Of a DNA stretch of 64,000 nt, positions 23,923 to 39,228 are shown piece by piece. The notes under the pieces are model-generated. The model had not been told where the DNA came from. It was given only the letters and a program-made list of their open reading frames with translations, and searched no databases. Source of the stretch: Phoronis australis (Eukaryota; Animalia; Phoronida); assembly GCA_002633005.1 (NCBI GenBank), contig NMRA01000549.1, positions 121,123 to 185,122 of the forward strand, in the 5' to 3' direction. A program made the position numbers and the translations under genes. Numbering within the stretch: the stretch's first letter is position 1; every line of letters begins with the position of its first letter.

Positions 23923-26715
23923 CACTGTTTGTATTGGATATCAACAGAAAGCTGGAGATTTCCTGCTTGTGTCATTCAGTCATTGATCAGAATGTTTTGA
24001 GCATGAGTTTATGAATATTACCAAAAATCATGTAGCAGTTGCTGTATGTTGCTTTGCTAACCAAACTTTTATGACATATCTTCTGACACAGAATTCACAA
24101 AGCAAAGTAGCCCCCCCCCCCCCCCGACAATGATCAGGGGCTGTAAAGGCTGGAGCTGCGGCCCGTGGCCTGTATTTTAACAACTAAACCTAATTTATGA
24201 GTAAAATGTGTGCTTTAAATAGAAATTGTCTCTTCTAAGATGGAAACAACCGAACCATGATTCATAACACGAGGCTGTCTGTTTTGAACGCCCATTTTTC
24301 ATCATTCGAAGGTTAGTGGTTGATGCTGACTTCGATCAGAAGTAACATCCAGACATATATCTCTTCCTTGGATTCAGATAAATCATTTTTTACAGTTCGC
24401 GGTAAATGGTGTTTTTCAATCGCCTGAACTGCCCTTGAGCGATGTTGGCGGGCGTGTTCGTCAAAGTTCCCGCGTTCGTCAAGCGTATCTGGTTGACCCA
24501 TTTTCTTGGTCTGAGTCAATAATATTTTTATGGAATTCCTTACAAAGATGGAGGATCCTTGAAAACCTGAATTTTCCACACATTGCGTTCGTATCCCTTG
24601 TTACTGGTTAGTGGTTCACGTGAATCCCCTAGAATTCTCCAGGCGGCCATGTTGCTTGGAGATTGAAACTAACGCTTCTTGACGTGCGCCTGGTGTGAAA
24701 CTATAATGACTTGCGAGTTATTCTAAACCATAGAATTCAAATCCATTTAAGAACAGTTAGTGGCCGAAGTAAAATTTTGATTTAAATAAAGGGTGAGGTT
24801 ATTGCTCCGTAATTTAATCTGATTTGGCCCGCATCTATACATGTAGTTGTGATGCACTAATTAGTTGAAACAATTTTAACATGTGTTCATCACCATGTGT
24901 TCCCGTTAAATTGTCTTAGAGTGTCAAGTCTGTTAGTCTGAGCTATCCAGAGTTCCAAATATGTAAATAACATTAATTAGGTGAAAACATTCCTAGGTTT
25001 GTGGCAACAACCCCATCTAAACTCACGGAATCTAATGGCTAATTTATTTGACCCAGCCACATGTTAATATTGGCGAATAGTAGTATAGCCGTGTCGTGAC
25101 TACACTAGTGAGGACTAGCTGATTCCAATGGGTCTTCTGACTCGTGATTCGCTGTAACTTAGCAACGAAGGTTGGTCCTCCAAAAAGGGCTCGGTGTAGT
25201 CACCTTAACAATATCAATATAACTTGTTACTTTTTGACGACCCACTAACTTTTACCTCGCTTATGCCGCTCGGTAACTATTGGCAACATATCCATAATGT
25301 CTCTCTCCGCTGGTGTTAGTTCGCAACAAACCGTTATCTTACATACTGTAGGCCTACAACTGTCTTGGTATTGAGCCTCTTAAGAAACGGTTAGGCTCCA
25401 AATTTACAATTTTACAAAATAATAACAAAATGCAAACAAACACACTTTCTTTAATGTATTTTCCACAGCTTTTGGAGATGCAAGAATAGAAGGCTATCAT
25501 GCTACTCAAGTTTCCAAATACGGAAGCCAATACAGTGGCGACCTGAATGTCGACACGAGTTAGTCCACGGCTTCTTCCACCATATTGAATATATAATTAG
25601 ACATGCTAAGCAAACTAATCCACGTGCGTTTCCACGTAAGTGGACGGGAGAGCAAAGCCTGGTGAAACCAGTATTTTTCGCAAGATGTCCGCTAGATTTT
25701 CAAAAGGTTACATTCAGTACTTAAACACTTTGGTGGCGCTACGAAACATGATTTTTGTGCATTGTTGACTAGGACGCAATGTTTCAATTTTAAAATGTCG
25801 ATGATATTCGTAAAAATACGGTAATGTTGGCCACGTTTTCACGAAGTCCAACCCAGGGTCACATTGATACTGTTAGTTACAAATCTATAAATTATTGCAA
25901 CTAAAGCCTTAAAGTAATCTGTTCTCTAAAATCAATAAAAATGTTCATATGTTTTATAAATTAGCCGGTGTCGTGACACAACGACTCCTTTGCGGCTTTG
26001 CGCCAAATTGTTTGCCCTTGAGTCCTTAAAATTTGAATTTTATTATTGAGTACATCGGATTTTTAACTCCTCCAAGGGTGGAAATCAATAGTTTTAGCAA
26101 AGTTTGAATTTTAGTTGTGTTCATTTACCTCTGCCATTTCATAACGAACGGTGGCGAGGTTTGGTTGGGCATTTTGAATTTTGTATTGAGTGTGAAGGCT
26201 ACAAATGGCATTTACTTGATTTTTTAGTCTCTTCTGATTGAAAGAATCCCATCTGTTGACCCTTGGGCAAGTCGTGGCCTTCATTAAGTTTCTTAAACTT
26301 TTTATAGAAGCGCGCCGTTATTTGAACGTTAGCAGGAAGTGGAGGTAGCCTTGAGACACTCGGGATTTATAACAAATTTGGCCACTACATACTTTTCGCC
26401 TGATTTCTGTGCTCGGGGCCATTTTGGTAGTCTGAATGAGCTCTTTCAGTTTATAGTTATCGCATGTGGACGACGGCTTTGGGGTGAAAACTGCCGCTTT
26501 GGTGTATTTTAGGCCGTTTTTAGGTATCCCGCTGCACCTGTGGTCGCAAAAATGGAAAATTATTTGGAATCATTTTTATTGAACTAAAATGTTTCTGTAT
26601 TCTTTGGCCCTGAATACTCTTCATGTTTTCAGAGAAGTGGTGCTGCGTGAACCGGACTTATTAAGCCCAAAACCAGCACTGTTGATTGCTACCTAATACA
26701 ATTCCAACCGTGGAC

Positions 26716-26772
26716 CATGGGCGGTGCAGCACTGAGAAAAGCCACCAACCGCCTGATGGTGTGCCGCCCATG
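26716..26772 (-). mobile_element. 57-bp mini-transposon, diverged copy of the CATGGGCGGCGCA family
   Basis: TIR CATGGGCGG...CCGCCCATG; flanks TGGAC/TAGAC (4 of 5 match); opposite orientation to the 52312 and 61324 copies. Confidence 0.75.
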
Positions 26773-28647
26773 TAGACTCGTGTGTTTTATGCTCAGTGCT
26801 TCCGCATTCAGTTAGAGTTAGTCCGGACAAGTTTGCGGTAGGAACTCATGATATTTTAGATCACTGTGATAACCCACCGTACCATATTGTCACCTTCCTC
26901 ACTAACATTCCATCGTCCGATCTACTCTTAGGACCGGACCGTCCAATCCAATAAAAACTGTTGAGGATTTGTGCAAGACATCTTCACAATATTTTACCGG
27001 CTAGGCCGCCTACTGCATCAATATTGACATCAATTATCAAAAGGACGGCTAATAAATAGTTTGTCAGCATGAAAAAGTCACGTCTGTCAGTTATGGCGAC
27101 ATGAAGTGAGCGACAGTGGTTATCTAGTCCACTGAGGAACTGTCAATCATACATGGGCTTCATGGAGATTTTCAACATTTTCTTATTACTTTTACTTTTA
27201 CTTTGGTAATCAACACAATCGTCTTAAGATAAACATTACATAACTATGATCGTATTACAAACATACACAGAAAACGATCCTTCCTATAACGTGCTAACAG
27301 CACAATATCTACAGAGTGTGAATTGCCCTTATTTACAATCTGATCCATAAGTCGGAAGAATTAATTAATTTGTGTACATAATTAGATCAACCTATGCCTA
27401 CAAAAAGTAGGACGTTTACGAATTTTATCAAATTAATAAAACGTATGGTATTTTCGTTGCACATTAGTAGTTGTTGATTTGAAATAAAGGCATGTATTTG
27501 GCTATATACCAACTTATCCATCCATACATTCATATGTCTATCAGTCAGAATATCCGCTTATTTTCTACCCATCGTTGACGACTCCGATCCGAGTATTTTC
27601 CAGCAAAAATATTTTGTTACTTAAGCCAAGTGTTATACTATCACGCGTTACGGTAGGACGAGTGAAGGAATAAATATATTGAAATCTTGCTTACTTGCAC
27701 AAAGTTGTCAGACGAAGTTGCTGGCATGGAGAGAGTGGCCATCTATTAATTGCTTCGATAAAACAATGGCAGAGGGCGCTCATAATTGCCGCGTTTACAC
27801 AATCCGCGTTTAGTTCGCAAGAAGTGTTCAGAAGGTTCCAGTCACCCTGTTGCAAACTTAGAGATCGAGTAGAACGAGACCGCAGTCGATAAACCAGCTC
27901 CAGTGTCCCTTTTGTTCACACCGTGTCATATATTTCAGCACAGTCCTTGATCGTTTTTAATACTAGCATTTTGGCAGCGTTCCAGCTGTTTTTCCGACAC
28001 TCGTTGCGTTTACTCCAATTTATGGTAAAGAGGTCCTAATTGAATTGATAAGATAGTCTATTTCTTCAAATTTTCACAATTATGAAGTCAAGCACTCTTA
28101 CAGTAGATGTTACATTGGCAAATGTCTAAGCACAACTCGATACGCCTTTCCAAACTGAAAAACACGAGCTGCTCAATGGAATACATCCGTCAAGCGCGAA
28201 ATTGACACACTTCCGAAAAAATGCTGATAAGCGGCCTTGAACAATTTTAATCGCAGCACAGGCTTCAGCGTGTGTTCGCAAAAGAGAGGCAAATTTAGTT
28301 ATAAAGTTTCGGGTATCTGGTTCAAGTAGAAAAAATATTAGCAAAAATGTGAGCCTGATTCGAGAGAATCACCCAGAATAATTTGCACTGATAATTCAGA
28401 CGCAAAATTTATATCGTCACCTTTTACTTTCCGAGAAATTTGAAAGTTTTTATGGAATAGAAGCAACAAAGAGAACATTTCAGGCCACAAGTAAATACCG
28501 CATCCACTTTAAAGTGGGATTTCCTCCTTATCCTAGACATAAACAGATTACAAATAAAACTGCTTCCGAATTGTCCTCGTCATGAAAGGAATTGGTCTCC
28601 TAACATTAACGTGAATTGGGAGACCACACATGTAATTGTTATTTCTG

Positions 28648-29390
28648 ACATGACCTGGAATGTGTTACGACACGACTGGTTAATAACACCGAGTACGTAA
28701 TTTTTTTTGATATTTCACGGGCGAATCACAAAGTAGTGCAAACTAGAAATCCATACACCTTACAGTTTATCGTCTGCAAGACACCTAATACCAACAACCA
28801 AACAATGCCGGATTCCGTGAAGATGATAAGGTTATGATTGACAAATCGAGTGTCGCAACTGTGCGTAATCCCAGTTGGAAGGACATGTAAACAAATTCTT
28901 AAACGGACCCATCTTCGGCGGCGAATTCCATAGCCACGTTCATTCAAACAGAGGCGAACACCAACTCAAGAAACTACGTGGTGAGACGGTCTACCTGTGG
29001 TGTTTCAAGGTCAATTCAGTGCTCACACGCGGGGAAGACCTGCTGACTGTTATTTATTAACATTTGTGAAGTTTTAAAATTACATCTTAATGAGTATTTA
29101 TTAGATTCTAACTTGAACATTTGTTACAAAAGCTAAATGCTATTTACAATTGTTAAGTTTAAAAAAAAAGTTACTGAGGTTACTTTACTTTGCGCAAGCG
29201 TGTTTTTAGAAAAGCTCCGTCATGCGGTTGAAAGTTTTAGACACGTCGAGTTTTTCGGTGAAAAGATTGTTTTTAAGGTTCATGTGAGAAAACGAATCCA
29301 AGCCGCGGGATTTTGACGAAATTTCCAAGAGGTTTTGCCCATGTCATAAATCTGAGACTCGTGTAGGATTCTCTATATAGCGGCTCGTTT
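28648..29390 (+). repeat. ~750-bp interspersed repeat, copy A (inverted relative to 50828-51645)
   Basis: Colinear reverse-complement similarity along the whole length, e.g. GTTACGACACGACTGGTTAATAACACCGAG vs CTCGGTGTTATTAACCAGTCGTGTCGTAAC. Confidence 0.9.
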
Positions 29391-32300
29391 TAGAGCTGTT
29401 GGACAACTCTAGTCAGTATCGGTGGCCTTTGATACTTTTTATATGTCGATGTTTCCTGATTGCCCTGCATGAGGTCGGAAATCGTTTGGTATGTAGGAAA
29501 ACTTTGAGCCAAGTTTTGTGTGCTTGGATAGCTTGATTGGGGATTCGCTGTTAACGTTATCGATTTTGCGGCCGAAAACGCATTTTGGAATTATTGTTGT
29601 TTGGGATACACTTAAATTTAACCAAAACTCTGCCAGATATTGGTGATTTTTACAAGTTAAATAAAAATTCTCTGCTGTTTGTGATTTTGATGGGCAGCAG
29701 AGTGTTGGATTGTCATCGCGGGGGTTCCAGGTTCGATTATAATGGGGTGAGACTCGTCTCGGAAAATCATTTTTATCGCCGTTAATGTCCCTTTGAAGAC
29801 GAAATGCCTCTCTATAGAAAATCGAGTATTTGCAATAGACATACATGTACCTATTATTAGTTCAACATCAAAAACAGATAAGCTATCACTAAAACTCATT
29901 GGACACATTGCTATTTGACGGTCGTTTGCAAGATAAGTAATATTCAGAGGCTCGTATCAAAACAGTTTTGTTGAACGTATTTCAGTTGAGCTTCAAATGC
30001 TCACATTGCTAAGTGCCTAGAGAACATACAATGAGGTTTTGACGCAGTTAATGCCAAAGATAATTTAAAAAATTATTATATCTAATATTCATTAAAAGGC
30101 TTTCAAACCAATGAATTTTATGCACCGACAAAAAGGCTACGAGTTTCAAGGCATTAAGTAGGCAACTTGAATTGGGTTTTAATCAAATCCCCAAACATCG
30201 ATTTGTGCACGAGTCGTGCTCCACCTTTCATCTTACATATCTACTGATGTCTATATCCATATCTATATCTATAATATATATAGAATATTGAATTAACGGG
30301 AAATGCCGCCATTCACGTTTTTTACAATAATCAATTATGTCCAACAATGACACGTTGACGAAATGCACTTGGATGGTTTTATCGGTCTCCGCCATAACAC
30401 TCGACAAAGCATATCACAGTGATGGTAATCGAAACATTTGATGGAGTTAGTTTGCATTTTGATGAATGAGTCAAGTGACCAATTTCACGTTTCATAAAAG
30501 GGCATTTGTCGGAATTCTGAAAAGAGAGATCTGGCACGGCGTATCTTCAAGAAGCAGTTTTTAAGATTTTTATGTTTCAAGCATCTTTATTTGAATATTC
30601 AATTTAATAACTAAACCGCAAGATTTTGAATCTTGGCCAGCATGGCTGCGTTAATTCAAGGTGTAAAAATACTCGGATCCTTTGACTGTTAAGACAACAT
30701 GACGTCCCCCGTTGCATAACTCGCAAAGGCGACTTGCAAACTACCACGCAAGACAAGAGCACACTTTTGTACCCATGTAGATACAAGGTCTATCAACGTC
30801 TGCCGCAGCGAACAAGTCGTAACCAATAGCGCTACACAAACAAACCATAACCAATGACGATACAAAAATCAAGAAGCCATTTAGACACACTAATATGCCC
30901 TCACGCGCGGTTCGGACGTATGTCCATCAGACTATGAAAACGCTATGTCGAACGTGCACCAAATGGACATACACGTGGACACTACAACAAAGTCCTCCTC
31001 ACTGAGTCCATAGATATGTTTTACGATACATGTAGACTCGTATGTGCCATGTCTTAAAAGCCGTTTGCCCATCCAAACAGCAACAAAAATCGCCTTACAT
31101 TAGGAATTCGCATACCCACGTTTTTCAAGCGAAGCACACCACGAGCCATTTCAACACGGTATGTAAAGACCCAGTACCGAATAGCCGACTGTGCTATCAA
31201 AAAACGATGTAATAATACAGCCACTGTTGTTTACAATTCCATGAGGACTCCTCAGGTGAAAACAAAAGTGACAGAGAGCTGATGGATCTTCCGAGAGTAA
31301 AAAGTTAATGACATGGAAAGTTACAGTTCATGAGACTAGATCAGCAAGGCATCTTGAAGTGTGTGTGGACAGTCATTTATTTTCTAGTTACCGTAACTCT
31401 CATGAGCCAGCTCATTAGATACATAAACAATTCAAATGTTGATTCAAAATCCCGGCTGCAATTTGTGCATTGGTCACAAATTTATCTTACGTTAGTACGT
31501 ATTGCTGAGCGTGCCGAAGCCATACAAGTGTTGCTGATAAGATCAAATGCCTGTTGGGATGCTCTCAGCATTTCGGGCAACCTTCCTTGGTCACTAGTGC
31601 GCTATTCGCAAGAATAACTCATTCCAATGTTCTCTCAAATAGTTCCGGGCAAATGCAAGACCGTTAAGCAAGTGAGGTATTAGCTCTTGAAAGTGCGGTG
31701 CTTCAATACACATGTACATGTACATAACGTAGTTAAAAGATTCAATAACGTTTTGAGGATAACCACCATATTGGGCTACTCAGTACAACAAGAACAACCC
31801 AAACAAAGACAATCAAAACACCGACAGTCAAAAACCTCAATGAAGTAGCCCCAGAACGTGTACCGCTCGTTACACATAATCGTTGCTTAGGAAGTTCAGA
31901 AACATTCCCAAACAGATAAACAAATTAAAGAAAGTTCTGACCGCCGACCGATGGCTTGCCGGAAAGGTCGACTCAAAAACGTTATTCTCTGACTTGTAAA
32001 AAACAGCAACAGCGGCATTACACATTTGTTGTTCGTCGGAGCACCGAATGGAAGCTACAGGCCTCAACAGTTGTTTTGGTATGTCTAAAATTTGGCAAGC
32101 AACGAGTGCTTTGTACCGAAGCCGCGATTTATAACAGGTAACAATAAAATTGCACAACGTAAACCTGAGTTTTATCGTTCACAAACAAAAACGATTATTG
32201 ACAACCACGATTTTTTCAGGACAACACTTAATGACAATTATCTACTTTGCCAACCTCTTTACAACATCTGCTGTTATATACCAATACGTGTAAACTCGGA

Positions 32301-32963
32301 CAATAAACCGAGGTATAAACTATCATGAGAGTATCTGAAGACAAAACTCTATCCCCCGTTTCCTCAAGTAATGATAGTTTAAAATACACGTTGAAGGAAA
32401 CATGTGTGAACACGTCTTTAACAACGAGTCTATTGAAAAACGATTCGTAAAACCACCAGGCTGCTCCAAACACGGCAATTATCTAGTATACTGTGCGTTT
32501 AATTGGATCTGCGTCAACGACTTGTTGAGATCTCTTATTCCCTGAGGTTTCAGGAAACGACCTAAGAGAAAATCAAGTAGAAAATAACAGCTAAGATTCC
32601 ACGCTATTCGACTTTTGAATAAATTAGTCAGAAAGCATGAAATAGCTTTTAGTTGGCGTCAAGTTATTACTGTCGCCTTCAACGACAATACGGTGCAATA
32701 ACAGTTTAACACTGATCCAATGGTAATTTAACTTTAAAATTACCGTTGATAAATCTATACACGCAAGTTTGTAACAGGCAAAGCTAAAACAGCAAGCAGA
32801 CCTGATTGGGTGACACAAACACAAGTTATAAACCCAGCTTCCGTCACAAAAATAACGTTTTAGACCTCTTGCGGTTACGAAACAGGTCTCAAAATTTGTC
32901 TTAAGTGATTCCTCGACTTGGAAGGAACTGACAGTCCGTTATTACTTGTTACCACGCATGGTC

Positions 32964-33299
32964 TAAAAGTTGCATTTCGCCCTGTTTAGCTACCTTAAAT
33001 GAAAATAGGATCCGGTATTTCGCTCTCATAACATCAGTCACATAATATCCATTGCGATGATAGGACTCACAACGCGTACACGCGCTTTTTTCGAATTCGC
33101 AATTTCATGGCTGACCAACCTCTATAAATTCTTAAACGTTCTCTTTAATCGCTGGTGGTTTCGTTGTAGTTCTTGTAGAAAACGGAAATAAAATCCTATA
33201 TCGGTAAGAGAAATTATGAGACCGATTTTCCTGAGAATAAAAATCCTAATTCGTTTTTGAGCCAGCTAAGCAGTTAGAGCGAAATGCAGCCGGCTTTAA
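32964..33299. mobile_element. Same ~330-bp TTAA MITE family, copy 3; adjoins a truncated palindromic repeat (32855-32963)
   Basis: AAGTTGCATTTCGCCCTGTTTAGCT...AGCCAGCTAAGCAG...GCGAAATGCAGCCGGCT-TTAA. Confidence 0.7.
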
Positions 33300-36200
33300 A
33301 CAATAACAGAATCAGAATTGTAATGTTTTCCAAACATAGAAACTGCTTTATTTCGGAGTTAGGAGCAAGCAAAGATCACTTTGATGTATTTGTAAGTAGT
33401 CTAAATCAAACGTTATTATGGGAGAGCGGTTTTGTACCCGCTTTAAATGAAACAACATTGGTGTAGCCTTAGCCTGTCAGCATCCACATGTGCAGGTGTG
33501 CACTAGACAGGCCCAAATAAACACAATACGACATTTTAGGTGTGTGTCTGTTACATCGAACTTTTAATCGCTAAGCGCCCACGAAACACCTACCCGCCAG
33601 TAATACCATCGACGGCGGTGGGCACCCTATCAAAGGTTTGCCTCGTACAACACCTGGCAGAAAGCGCGCTTACAGCTGGACCCTAGGTAACAGCGTAACA
33701 TCGTGCAAAAGGAACTTTTCTAGTAGCAACTATCTTCCGCTTTCAATTAGTTTCGTCACACCATTCATTGATCAGCCATGTAAAGTACACATGTGTAGCC
33801 AACTGAACGCTACATCTCAAACCATATCGATGAACGTTAATTTGATATCCTTTTTCTAATTAGTTCTCACCTCTCGACACACCTGCGATATGAAACGGAA
33901 CAAGATTCCACTCGTGCCAAACAATCACTAGTCCTCCTGCCTATGGACCGCAAAGCAGGCTGATAGCAAAATAAATGATGGCATGCACGCAGTTTACACA
34001 CGCACTGTTTGGCTTCTGTTGCGTTGAGATTCGGAAACAAAATAAACTCAGTACACATCTTTCTGAAACAATTGCAAAATACAGGGAGAGTATAAAGCGC
34101 TGAAGGTTTAATTTGTGGTCTAACAGAAAGCACAGGGTGGTACAGATTTGTGTTTGGCTCATTGTCCCCCCGTAAACGCAACTATTCCAGACATATGTAA
34201 TACACTTCGAAACCAAAAAATCGATGTTATAAATGTGGTATTGTGAACATAACATAGCAGGAGCCCTTGAACAGCCTTCACGATAACATTAAAGGTTAAA
34301 CGTGTACGAAATAATGTTCAGACGTCCTTTATATTACAAACTCAGTCGTTTTTGTATGGGGACACAATTGATTTAGGCCTGGATAGGATACTTGTGAGGT
34401 CAATGACAAAAGCTGCAAAATTCACAACGTTTCGTGATTTTATCAGAAGTCCCAGAATCCCAATTCCCAGGTACCGGGTGTAGAATTAATTGAAACCGAG
34501 GCGCTGGCATGAGCTTTTTACTATGTAGAGGAAAATGGCCGAACGTGGCGACGGTGGAGGTAATCAAAGCCAACATAAAAATGTCAAGAAAGTTACTATT
34601 CTGAGTGTATGTGAGAGAACAGGCGAACAGTTGAAAAACATTTGACGAGTAACGGCTCTAGAATAAGGATAAATTTGGGAACAAAATAGAGCGCCGGCCT
34701 GTTGTGCGAGATGAATTGAACACTTACAGTTAGTAAGCCTCGGGTCTTGTTAGACGGCCAGGTGCGTTTTCATTCTTCTTTCTCCTTCCAGAAATAGCTC
34801 CAGGTTCATGGTTACTTTTGATTGATTTTAAGCGTAAAACCTAGAATAACTTTCTAAAAACTTATAATATTTTCAGAGTTTGACTAATTAACCAATTGAT
34901 TTCCTCACCGAGCCTGTATGTCAAAAAATCGAATGATCACGACCAAGTGCAAATTCGCTTTCCCGGTAACGTGCTAATATACATGTAACTGGTAACCTTC
35001 CCAGGTTTTTGGGTGGCGGTGACTCTTACCAGAGTACTGTGGTTTGGGTACCATGCCTGAACTCTAAGATTACACACGGTGCGTAAAGGTTTTTATGCTG
35101 GAGCAGGTCCATGGCAACAGAAAAGGAAATTCAAGTAAAAGAATTCGAAATATTTCTGATGAAAAACTCCGAACAATTGTTGCAGTGTTGTCTGAGATAA
35201 TATCTTTTCATATACGGTTGTACTGCTTCCGTGTAGTTGTTGGAACCGAGTTTGTCGAATGATGCGGTATATTTAGCCAAATATCTTGAAAACCATAGAT
35301 TTTAACTCAGTAAAAGTATACAGTTTCAGGCTGAAAGTGGAAAGCCTGAAGAATTTCATGTTTGACTTTGTATCATTCAATCTGTCATTAATTGGGTCAC
35401 GTGACCATTTTATTGAAATTCGGCAAAAGCGAAAAGTGCACCCATGACAAAACAACGGTATCAATGACATGGTCAAATTATTTTTTAAAATTATGACTTA
35501 GTTTTCGTTTTACGCAGTCGTCGACTTTTGTTTTTCTCATAAAAATCATAAACTTACGATAGTCCCTCATCCAAAAGTTGAATATTTTAAAAACAAATCC
35601 TGATAGGGTTCTGAAAAATAGTGCATAAAGCATGGTATCTGAAAAATCCATGTAAATTTGATCCCTCATTTACGAAGTTTGTCAACTGTGGACTTTTTAG
35701 GGTCTTACGTAACGTTATTTTTTACTTGGAAACTAATCACACTCTTTGATCCAGATACGAACACTCCCAAAGTCAAGTGTCTTGCATTCTCTAACAATAA
35801 TTGCGAATCATTTTTTCGGGTCTCCGAAAAAACTAGAAACAATTGCCAATCAAATGCTAATGACTTGAATTTGAACTCTATTTTACACATGTGTATACTA
35901 GCGTTCATTCATGTTTTTCGATAACAGACTGTTTGTTATCCAGGTTGCGGTGTTGAACAATTTTAAAACTAATGCGAAGAACAGGGAGACTTCCAGTGAC
36001 TGAGTCAACACAGAAAAGACGAATGAATGAAGGCATACAAGAGTAATGACATCACAGGCGATGATGGAAGCGTGGAATACTCTGTGGTCATTATTGCCGG
36101 AGAATGGGGACGTGACTATGAAAACCAACAATAAAATATTTCATATTGGATCGGTAAGGAAGTGTAGCAATAGCTGACTTTCGAAATAGCCGCGCCATAT

Positions 36201-39200
36201 CGAAACTCTTTTACCCGCCAGGTGCCGATCAGGTCTTTGGTGCCACCAACAGATCCCATGTAATGTGGACGGGAGGTTGGAGGTTTCAACCTACTGGTAC
36301 AAACAGCGTTTTAACACCTTTCCTGATATTATAATACCGGTAAATTTCCACTGCTGTTCGGTGGAATACTTTTAAGTCTCACAGAAAAAGGCAAACATTT
36401 TGAAATATCAATAAATGAACATGTCCCATATCTTTGTCACTGTGAAGAAAGGAATTATCCCCAATAAAGCCAGTGACTGCGGCTGATAAAGCAGAAGCAT
36501 CTCCATCTCAGCCGGTGTCAAAAGGCTAAAATATGTCAGTGAACTTAAACTAATCAAACAATGGGAGGCGCTGACAGTGGAATGTATTCCTTTGCTTTTA
36601 AGTTAATGAACCACCATGAAGTAATTGAATTTCTGTACACTGAATCTCAGTGCGTCGGGATCAATCTGAAGTCACATTCATGCTATCATTTCTCTAGAGA
36701 GCGCCAATATGAAAAGTCCCCTTATGAAACATTGAGTTATTCATATTTCTCAAAGAATCCGATCGATCGTCGAGGTTAACAACATTTCAGTTTCCGCTTC
36801 CTCTAGCTTGGCATTTCTGGGGTCCTCATCCATTCCCATCCCAGAGCCCTTGTATATCATCCATTCCCACCCCAGGGCCAATTGCTCAACTATAACTTGT
36901 GCACCGTGATCGTTGTATGCATGCACAACATGCGATCATCAGTGGAATGTACAATTATAAGTTCTTGGGAAAGTAGGACTTTTATCTCTTCACGAGTTAG
37001 ATGTAAGACTCAACATACAGCAAGTTCGTAAAATTCTGGAAAATATAAGTTACGTAATTAAGAGTTATTAGCCTCAAGACCACCCATTTTAGTAAAGGTT
37101 AATTTTGTCAATCAAAAATACACGTGTCTGTTGAAAATCTCCAAAAATGTGTAAACTTTATCAACTCTTTCCTTTAGTGGGATGCCGACGGAGGGCGGGT
37201 GTCGACAAGGGGCGGGTGCCGATGGATGCGAGGTGCCGACTGTTGGTGGCAGTATTCGAGGAATTTAGATTTTTTGCTGGTTGCAAGGGGCCTACAGCTG
37301 TATTAAGTTCCCAAAATGCAAAACTGTCATTGTGCTCAAGCGCTTGGTTGATTAGCTTCGCTGGTCAATAGAAGTTAATCATTCACTCATGCGATATCAT
37401 GATGGCATCTTGCTGAGAGGGTTTCGTTTTGAACAGCACATTGAAACTCCTTTAACCCCTTTAATTCAAACTGTGAAAATAAGACAACTGAATGAACTAG
37501 ACCAATCGGCATGTCTCGCTGAGCATATTCCACTGTTTGCGAGTAAACTATGACGTGAGCTAAGTTTCACTTGAGGCAGACAGCTGAGCTCGTTCCTCTC
37601 CCTCTGCGCGACCCTTAGCATGATTTTAAAGGGGTGCGCATTAGCTGGTCACCTTCTTGGTCGACAAAGTTAAACGCTCAGCCAGGTGAATGAGCTGATA
37701 TGACTGAAGTACAAGCGAGTTTGATGACGTTGGCGCTAATTGATGACGCTGACACCGACACTCTTTGCTTAGACATCATTTATTTTCATCGAAGATACGC
37801 AATTAAATTTAATAGATCGCCGTCCATTGATCAACATCAGCCATTTTATCTGACCAGTATGATCGCGTTGACGATGAATAATGGCGAGATGATTGCGATA
37901 ATGACACTTACAAAAAGTTGGTGGTAATACCGGATACATGGTTCGTTATCTGGCTTCTGTTGTGGTGCGTATAACTTACAACGAGACACGTGACCGGGTT
38001 AACACTGCAACGAGTCAGTCCACTATTTGACCTTATGTTTTGTTTACAGTTTGATCGAATAGTTTTTAATTAACACCGACGAAAGTAAAGCTTCTGTTGT
38101 CGGTAAGAAATGTTGTCATGGCATCCCTGCAGCTAAGTCTGCAATTTTACGTGGAAATTTTCTGATCCATTCTGTCACGTACAACGTGTTGTACTCCAGC
38201 ACGGGATCTGATCCCAACCAAAAAAAAACATTGCAACGAGCAAATCTCTACTTGGATCCACCCACAGCGTCAGGTCGACAATGGCCTGTCCGCTGACATT
38301 CGATGGCTGACGAGTGGGAAAATTGACGACATTAGCGCATGCGACTCACCACCGAGATCAAAAATACCTTATACATAACTCCATTGAAGTTACAAATATC
38401 GGTGCTTCACCCGAATACAGCCCTCAGCCAACAGCGTTCTCAAACGCAACTATCAGCAAAGATTTGACTTACCCTGATCCTTCGCTTGCCAGCACCAATT
38501 TTATCATCAACTAAAACACTTGAAAATTGCACTGACAGTAATTACATTGTCAGTCACCATTTCTAAAACCTCTGATGAATACTTTACATGTTTCTTATAA
38601 ATCTCTTCCGTTTGACGACACGTTAAGACATGAGAACGGTAATAATCTCAGCATAAGTACCCAAGTTCAGTGGGAATGTTTTGAAATTAGCAATAACCAA
38701 ACGTATGCGGACGGAATGTAACTTTTGTTCGTAGCAATTTTAATTGGATTAAAACACAGACGCTTAATAATTAACAATTCTCAGCTAATTATCCGCGTTC
38801 TTGATCCATACACGTATTCATAATTGTTGTTCTTGACTTGTGAATTGTTAAAAATCTCACACGATACGTCATCTTTGTATTCATTAGAGGAGGACATTTG
38901 TCTTTAGGGTCCGTTTAAATAGTCATTAACTCCGTGCATCACTATCAATTCCAGCGAGTGAGCAATCTGACGTTATCACGGCTTACAGCTGGCCATCACG
39001 TGGTCGTACAGAAAAGAGCCCTTAGATGTGGCGATGCAGTAACTCGTAAACAAGACATCGAAATGATTGTCACGAAACTGACTTGATTGTTTATCTAGCG
39101 AGAATTCGTTTGTTCCACCAAAGTTCAAAGTAAGAGGCGATGTCATATTCTTTCAACTGATAATAGAATGTCAAAGACACGACAATTAAAGTGACTGTAA

Positions 39201-39228
39201 ACCGTTGCATTTCCGTACAGGAAGTGAA

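Noticed and set aside
28726-28947. Paralogous small ORFs MNERGY...LHVLPTG (also 51340-51528)
   Set aside because: They are shared only because both lie in copies of one repeat; indels change the C-terminus and I recognise no domain.
30250-31600. Helitron (TCTATATCTATAATATATA 5' end to CTAG at ~31594)
   Set aside because: No convincing GC hairpin precedes the CTAG and there is no second copy in the window.
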